Shown here piece by piece: positions 55,624-60,637 of a stretch of 60,637 bases of DNA (position 1 is its first letter; each line of letters opens with the position of its first letter). The notes beneath the pieces were generated by a model, which saw only the letters and a program-made list of their open reading frames with translations, searched no databases and had not been told where the DNA came from. The DNA is from Leptospirales bacterium. Its GTDB lineage: Bacteria > Spirochaetota > Leptospiria > Turneriellales > JAOUFE01. The translations under genes were made by a program, and so were the position numbers. The stretch covers positions 1 to 60,637 of the forward strand of contig JBEQLE010000019.1 in NCBI GenBank assembly GCA_040326155.1, written 5' to 3'.

Positions 55624-58329
55624 TCAACTGGCGTGGTCTATAATCTTCTCCGACTGATTCCATGGAATCGATATATTTATAATAAATTCCCCTTGTTCAT
55701 AATTTAGTTGTAAATTTCCATGAAGTGCTGCAATTTGTTGCATTATTGTTGAGGTGCCCAAACCGGTACCATTCTTTACTAGATTATAATTCGACTTCGT
55801 CTTGATCGTCAAAAACAAACTATCCTGCTTATCTAAAAAATTCCAATTTGTTATATCTTTTCCATACTTTAAATCATTTGTAGCAATTTCAGTCACAATA
55901 GAAAACAGGTCATTTCGGATGTTTCCATACTGTTCATCCATAATTTTTTCAAATAGTTTATGGTTCACATTGAATTTCATGCCTCTTCCAGTTTTTACAT
56001 AACGTCTAAGTAATATTTGTTGCAAACCCGAAAAAAAATTCTTAGAAATCATTGTTAAATCTTCAATATAATTGAGTCTCTCTCGAAAAATCAATATAGT
56101 TTTATCAATAGTATCTTTTAATTCTTGCAAAAAGTGATTATCACCGCCTTTTTTAATGGAAAGAGCTTTAACCGTAAATTGCATATCGGTTAAAAAACCA
56201 CCCAGATGGTCATGTAGATCATAGAATATCTCTTCTCTTTGCTTTTTAAGTAACTTACGTTTATCTTTTTCTGCATATGACATATTCAACAGATTCTGAA
56301 CCCGCAAAATAAATTCATTATAATCGACCGGTTTAGTTAAAAAATCCGTAGCACCTGAATTAATAGCATGTGTTAGATCTTTAAAACGTGTTTTTGCAGT
56401 GAACATCAAAATTGGTAGTTTCGTTGCATCGAACTTATTTCTGATTTTTTTGCAAAGTTCAATTCCCGATATATCGGGCATGTTAATATCAAGAATTACC
56501 AGAACAGGTTTTCCCGAATGAGATAATATCTCAAGCGCAACTTTTCCATCACTGGCAATCACCGCACGTATGTTTTCAGATTCAAGTATATCTGCCAAAA
56601 TTGAAATAATAACCGGATCATCATCAACAATTAAAACATAATCGTCTATTATTCGTTCTGTGATATTTTTCATTTTTTCAGGCATCTCAACCTGTACAGG
56701 CCGCGCTTCGATTTTAGTTACTCGTTTAAGTGATCCATGAACAGGTATCCCTGCAGGAAGCTCAAATGTTACTTCGGTACCCTCTCCTTTTTTAGATTGA
56801 ATTTTAATAGAACCGTTTTGTTTTTCCAAAAGTTCTCTGGTTATTGCCAGCCCCAGGCCGGCGCCCTGGTATTGCTTAGTATCTATATCAGAAGAAATCG
56901 TAAAAGGATCAAAAATTTGACCAAGTTTACTTTCATCAATTCCAACTCCTGTATCAGAAATCTTTATTTCGACCTTTTCCGCTTCGGTTTTTGCAGCAAT
57001 TTCAATTTTTCCTTTTTCAGTAAACTTTATGGCATTTCCAATTAGATTAAATAAGATCTGCTGTACTCTCTCTTTATCAGCTTGAATAAAAATATTTGGT
57101 TCAATATTATGAATAATCTGTATGTTTTTAACATTGGACAAATGAACTGTCAAAGCAATAACTTTTGTTACCTGCTCGCTTAAAGAGTGATTTTCGATAT
57201 TAAGTCGTATATCACCTTCTTTTATTTTTGAAAAATCAAGTATATCATCAACCAGATAGGATAATCTTCTAGCGCTGAATTTTACTAAATTTAACTGTTC
57301 CACGATTTTCGTGTTTAACTTTTTATTCACCTGCAATATACTTTCAACCAGATTGATAATTGTCTGCAATGGCGTTCGTAACTCATGTGATGTATTAGCC
57401 AAAAACTCATCTTTTATTTTATCCAGAGACTTTAAATTCGTATACGCTTTTTCAAGTTCTTTATAAATTGCTGAATCACGCGTCCGCAAAACACTGGCAA
57501 ATACGATGATCATAGCAAAAAAAGAGTCGATCACATAATTATAATTACCACCAAGCAGTTCCATTTCCCCGAGCACAAGCCCTGACATTGCCAGGTAGAT
57601 GAAAGAAAGACCAAATAGCATGCGCCAGGCCATCTCTTTTTTCAATATTATCGCATAAATAACAATATAAATTAGATACAAGTGACCTAATGCTTCGCAA
57701 AATAAATATGGTATAAATATATATTCTGTAAAATAGTGAACACCACCGGTAATGAAAAATTCTACCCACAATAAAAAGATAATACTATAAAACGCTGTAA
57801 TAATTACTTTAATATATGTTCTCAACTTTATTTCAAAAAATGTATGGAAAAACATAACAAGAAAAGCCGTTGTCGGAATAGCTGAAGTGTAACTAAGAAT
57901 GACTGCAGGCCAATATGTATCGATGAACTGGTGAGCCATTCCCTGGTAGGCAAATTGCCACAAACCAATTGCCAGACTTGTAGCAGCAAAATACAGATAA
58001 TAAACCTGTTTTTTTGTAAAATAATACGCGCCGAAAAACAGCCCCAGAAATACCAATATCGCAGTAATTCCACTTCTTTTAATCAAGTCATACAGGTACT
58101 CAAGGTTTACTTGTTTCTCAGAAGCAAAACGGATTTGATTACGAAAACTGCTCTGGCCATCAATCACTTTGAAGCGAACGACTAAAGTATTTTCTCCGGT
58201 TCGAACCAACTTCTCTGGAATAAGCGATATCATTTGCACATTTTCTTTCAATACATTATTTGAAAAAAGAGAAGTATGCGATAATAAAACAAAAAATATG
58301 AAAATTAATTTTTTTTTCATCGTATGCAT
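55624..58329 (-). CDS. Hybrid sensor kinase: 7TM-type input, HisKA, HATPase, REC, second HisKA_3-like/HATPase module
   Basis: SHELRTPL, NLIGNAIKFT, DTGVG, GLGL, LIVDDD, LDINMP, FLTKP, then DLHDHLGG, EIATNDLKY and G.GLG. Confidence 0.9.
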   Translation of the reverse strand: MHTMKKKLIFIFFVLLSHTSLFSNNVLKENVQMISLIPEKLVRTGENTLVVRFKVIDGQSSFRNQIRFASEKQVNLEYLYDLIKRSGITAILVFLGLFFGAYYFTKKQVYYLYFAATSLAIGLWQFAYQGMAHQFIDTYWPAVILSYTSAIPTTAFLVMFFHTFFEIKLRTYIKVIITAFYSIIFLLWVEFFITGGVHYFTEYIFIPYLFCEALGHLYLIYIVIYAIILKKEMAWRMLFGLSFIYLAMSGLVLGEMELLGGNYNYVIDSFFAMIIVFASVLRTRDSAIYKELEKAYTNLKSLDKIKDEFLANTSHELRTPLQTIINLVESILQVNKKLNTKIVEQLNLVKFSARRLSYLVDDILDFSKIKEGDIRLNIENHSLSEQVTKVIALTVHLSNVKNIQIIHNIEPNIFIQADKERVQQILFNLIGNAIKFTEKGKIEIAAKTEAEKVEIKISDTGVGIDESKLGQIFDPFTISSDIDTKQYQGAGLGLAITRELLEKQNGSIKIQSKKGEGTEVTFELPAGIPVHGSLKRVTKIEARPVQVEMPEKMKNITERIIDDYVLIVDDDPVIISILADILESENIRAVIASDGKVALEILSHSGKPVLVILDINMPDISGIELCKKIRNKFDATKLPILMFTAKTRFKDLTHAINSGATDFLTKPVDYNEFILRVQNLLNMSYAEKDKRKLLKKQREEIFYDLHDHLGGFLTDMQFTVKALSIKKGGDNHFLQELKDTIDKTILIFRERLNYIEDLTMISKNFFSGLQQILLRRYVKTGRGMKFNVNHKLFEKIMDEQYGNIRNDLFSIVTEIATNDLKYGKDITNWNFLDKQDSLFLTIKTKSNYNLVKNGTGLGTSTIMQQIAALHGNLQLNYEQGEFIINISIPWNQSEKIIDHAS

Positions 58330-58386
58330 TTCATCACCAAAATGGTCAAAATTTAGAGCAATTTCGTCAAGTATATAACGAAAAAG

Positions 58387-60636
58387 TTATTCAACGTTTT
58401 GCCTCCAGGGAACAGATAACTCGATAACGAATGAATTTGATTCTCCGTGTATTTTAACCCATCCGTTTAAGGCTGAAACCCTTTGAAAAATACCAGACGT
58501 TCCTTTTCCAGTTCTGTTTTTTGCAGGGTTATAATCAGTTTGTGTTGAAACAGTTAAAACAAGTGCTGAGTCTTTTTCACGAAAATCCCATGTAGAACCT
58601 CCCCTTCCATATTTCAGATCGTTGGTAGCAATTTCTGTTACTATCGAAAAAAGTCCATTACGAATAGGTGCAAAACTTTTCTGCATAATTTTTTTATGCA
58701 ATTTTTCTTTTGCTTTAAAAGAAAAAGATCGTGAGGCCATTGAATATCTTTTGCTCAAAACCTGTTGTAAACCTCCCAGAAAATCTTTCGATATAATTGT
58801 TAAATCTTCAATATATACCATTTGTTTCCGAAACAACTGAATAGTACTATCAATTGTATCTTTAAGTTCCAATACAATCCTGTTTTCACCCTGCTCTTTA
58901 TATGATAGCGCTTTTACGTTATCTTGCATATGTGTTAAAAAACCGCCAAGGTGTTCGTGTAGATCATAATATATATCTTCTCTTTGCTGTTTTAACAGCT
59001 TGAACTTTTCGTTTTCCACAAGGCTCATATCGATTAAATTCTTTACCCGTAATATAAATTCGTCGTAATCGACCGGTTTCGTTAAAAAATCAGTGGCTCC
59101 CGAGTTTATGGCTTCCGCTAAATCTTCAAAACGAGATTTGGCCGTTACCATCAATATTGGTAATTCCCTGGGTGGATAGATATCTCTAATTATTTCGCAA
59201 AGTTCAATTCCTGTAATACCGGGCATCATAAAATCGAGAATGACCAACGCTGGCTTCTGCGATGTATTTAATATATTTAGAGCCGATGTTGCATTATATG
59301 CAGATCGTATTTCCATATTTTCCGACTTAAGAATATGAGAAAGTACAGTGATAATAACAGGATCATCATCTACTAACAATACATAATGTGAACTATAATC
59401 GCTCACTTCTTCCCTTTTACTCACTGCGAATTTGTCATAAGCGCTTGAGTTAGAGGAAAACTCTGCATTTATCGTGGCAATTGTTCGATAATTTTTTGGC
59501 CGATTTCCTTTCGGTAGATCAAACGTCACTCTGGTCCCCTTATCTTCTTCAGAAACGATATTAATATTACCTTTTTGTTTCTGAATCAATTCACGAGTAA
59601 TCGCCATTCCTGGCCCACTACTTTGTAACTTGCTTATATTCACATCTGTATCGGTTTTATATGGATCAAATATGGTTTTCAATTTTGATTCTGATATACC
59701 TGAGCCAGTGTCTTCTATTTTTACTCTTACTTTTTCTGAAGTCGTTGTTGCAGTGATCATAACTGAACCCTGCTTTGTAAATTTAACAGCATTGCCAATT
59801 AAATTAAATAAAATCTGTTGTACTCGTTCTTTGTCAGCGAGGATAAATATTTCTTCTTGTATACGGTTTTCCAATTTAATTTTCGTTACATCTACCTGAT
59901 GTCTATTCAGCGCAATTACAGTGTCTACTTGTTCATTCAGGCAATGGTTTTGTATATTCAGTCGAATATCATTTTCTTTCATTTTGGAAAAATCGAGAAT
60001 ATCGTTCACCAAATACGTCAACCTTTTTGCGCTGTAATATATCAAGTTTAATTGCTGGGCAATTTTTGGCTTAATTTTGTCTGAACGTAATATGGTCTGA
60101 GCCAGACTTATTATAGCCTGAAGCGGACTTCTCAGTTCATGAGAAGTATTGGCCAGAAAGTCTTCTTTAAGTTTATTATGCAATTTAAGATTCGAGTATG
60201 CATTTTGAAGCTCCTTATAAACCGCAGCGTAACGTGTTTGCAAAGTACTCGAGAAAACGATAATCATTCCAAAAAAACCATCTGAAATGTAGGTATCTGA
60301 GCGGTTCAAAAAAATTTCACCTAGATAGAGAGAAAGTACGGTTGTGAATAAGATACAAACGCCCAAAAACATTCTTCCGGCCATCTCTTTTTTCATTCGA
60401 ATAGCTTTTACACTAAGAAAGAAAATATAAATTTGCCCGGTGAGGGTAAAAAACATCAAAGGATAAAAAACTCTAATTTGAAAAAATATTAAATTGCCAG
60501 TCAACAGGTAACCCATGAACATTATAAAAAATATAGATAAAAGACCTATTAAAAAAAAATAATAAAAAAATCCCTTATTAAATGTAAAAAAAGAATGAAA
60601 AAAAGTTAATACAAAAATTGGACTCCAAAGGGCCCC
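58387..60636 (-). CDS. Paralogous hybrid sensor kinase, 5'-truncated by the window edge
   Basis: Same architecture (SHELRSPL, LDFMMP, DLHEHLGG, EIATNDLKY). The frame stays open upstream of 60522 to the window end and aligns with the paralogue's TM region (FFHSFF vs FFHTFF). Confidence 0.88.
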   Translation of the reverse strand, partial: GALWSPIFVLTFFHSFFTFNKGFFYYFFLIGLLSIFFIMFMGYLLTGNLIFFQIRVFYPLMFFTLTGQIYIFFLSVKAIRMKKEMAGRMFLGVCILFTTVLSLYLGEIFLNRSDTYISDGFFGMIIVFSSTLQTRYAAVYKELQNAYSNLKLHNKLKEDFLANTSHELRSPLQAIISLAQTILRSDKIKPKIAQQLNLIYYSAKRLTYLVNDILDFSKMKENDIRLNIQNHCLNEQVDTVIALNRHQVDVTKIKLENRIQEEIFILADKERVQQILFNLIGNAVKFTKQGSVMITATTTSEKVRVKIEDTGSGISESKLKTIFDPYKTDTDVNISKLQSSGPGMAITRELIQKQKGNINIVSEEDKGTRVTFDLPKGNRPKNYRTIATINAEFSSNSSAYDKFAVSKREEVSDYSSHYVLLVDDDPVIITVLSHILKSENMEIRSAYNATSALNILNTSQKPALVILDFMMPGITGIELCEIIRDIYPPRELPILMVTAKSRFEDLAEAINSGATDFLTKPVDYDEFILRVKNLIDMSLVENEKFKLLKQQREDIYYDLHEHLGGFLTHMQDNVKALSYKEQGENRIVLELKDTIDSTIQLFRKQMVYIEDLTIISKDFLGGLQQVLSKRYSMASRSFSFKAKEKLHKKIMQKSFAPIRNGLFSIVTEIATNDLKYGRGGSTWDFREKDSALVLTVSTQTDYNPAKNRTGKGTSGIFQRVSALNGWVKIHGESNSFVIELSVPWRQNVE

Positions 60637-60637
60637 T

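Noticed and set aside
659..60051. Numerous 60-190 aa ORFs antisense to or nested in confident genes (e.g. 10697-11275, 32943-33428, 35644-36078, 48554-49123)
   Set aside because: They are fully overlapped by well-supported genes and show no independent motifs.

Overview
AT-rich bacterial chromosomal window, probably from a spirochaete of the Leptospirales type. This is inferred from an alginate-export-type barrel, a DUF1564-like RHH protein, 7TM-type hybrid kinases, the M23-bactofilin-YaaR-tatA-tatC-ribF block and fliOPQR. Most of it is housekeeping and signalling: an ABC-F ATPase, two GGDEF/EAL proteins, tRNA-Asn, ribF, tat, glpD, murB, fliOPQR, a dihydroorotase, a lysine-catabolic pair, bioB and htpG. 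Main highlights: (1) a tightly packed 8-gene minus-strand operon (11.9-20.3 kb) joining an ABC transporter with an SBP-OmpA fusion, two coiled-coil proteins (one a membrane-anchored PspA/ESCRT-III-like protein) and a TerY-P-like vWA-PP2C-kinase triad; (2) four copies of a 165-270 bp nested-palindrome element, all co-oriented just downstream of stop codons; (3) hypF cut exactly at an IS21-like terminal repeat at the left edge; (4) two att-like copies of the tRNA-Asn 3' end bracketing an orphan gene; (5) three ORF-free anti-SD-plus-terminator sRNA candidates; (6) tandem HK-REC-HK kinases. All family assignments come from motif recognition by eye; no database searches were run.
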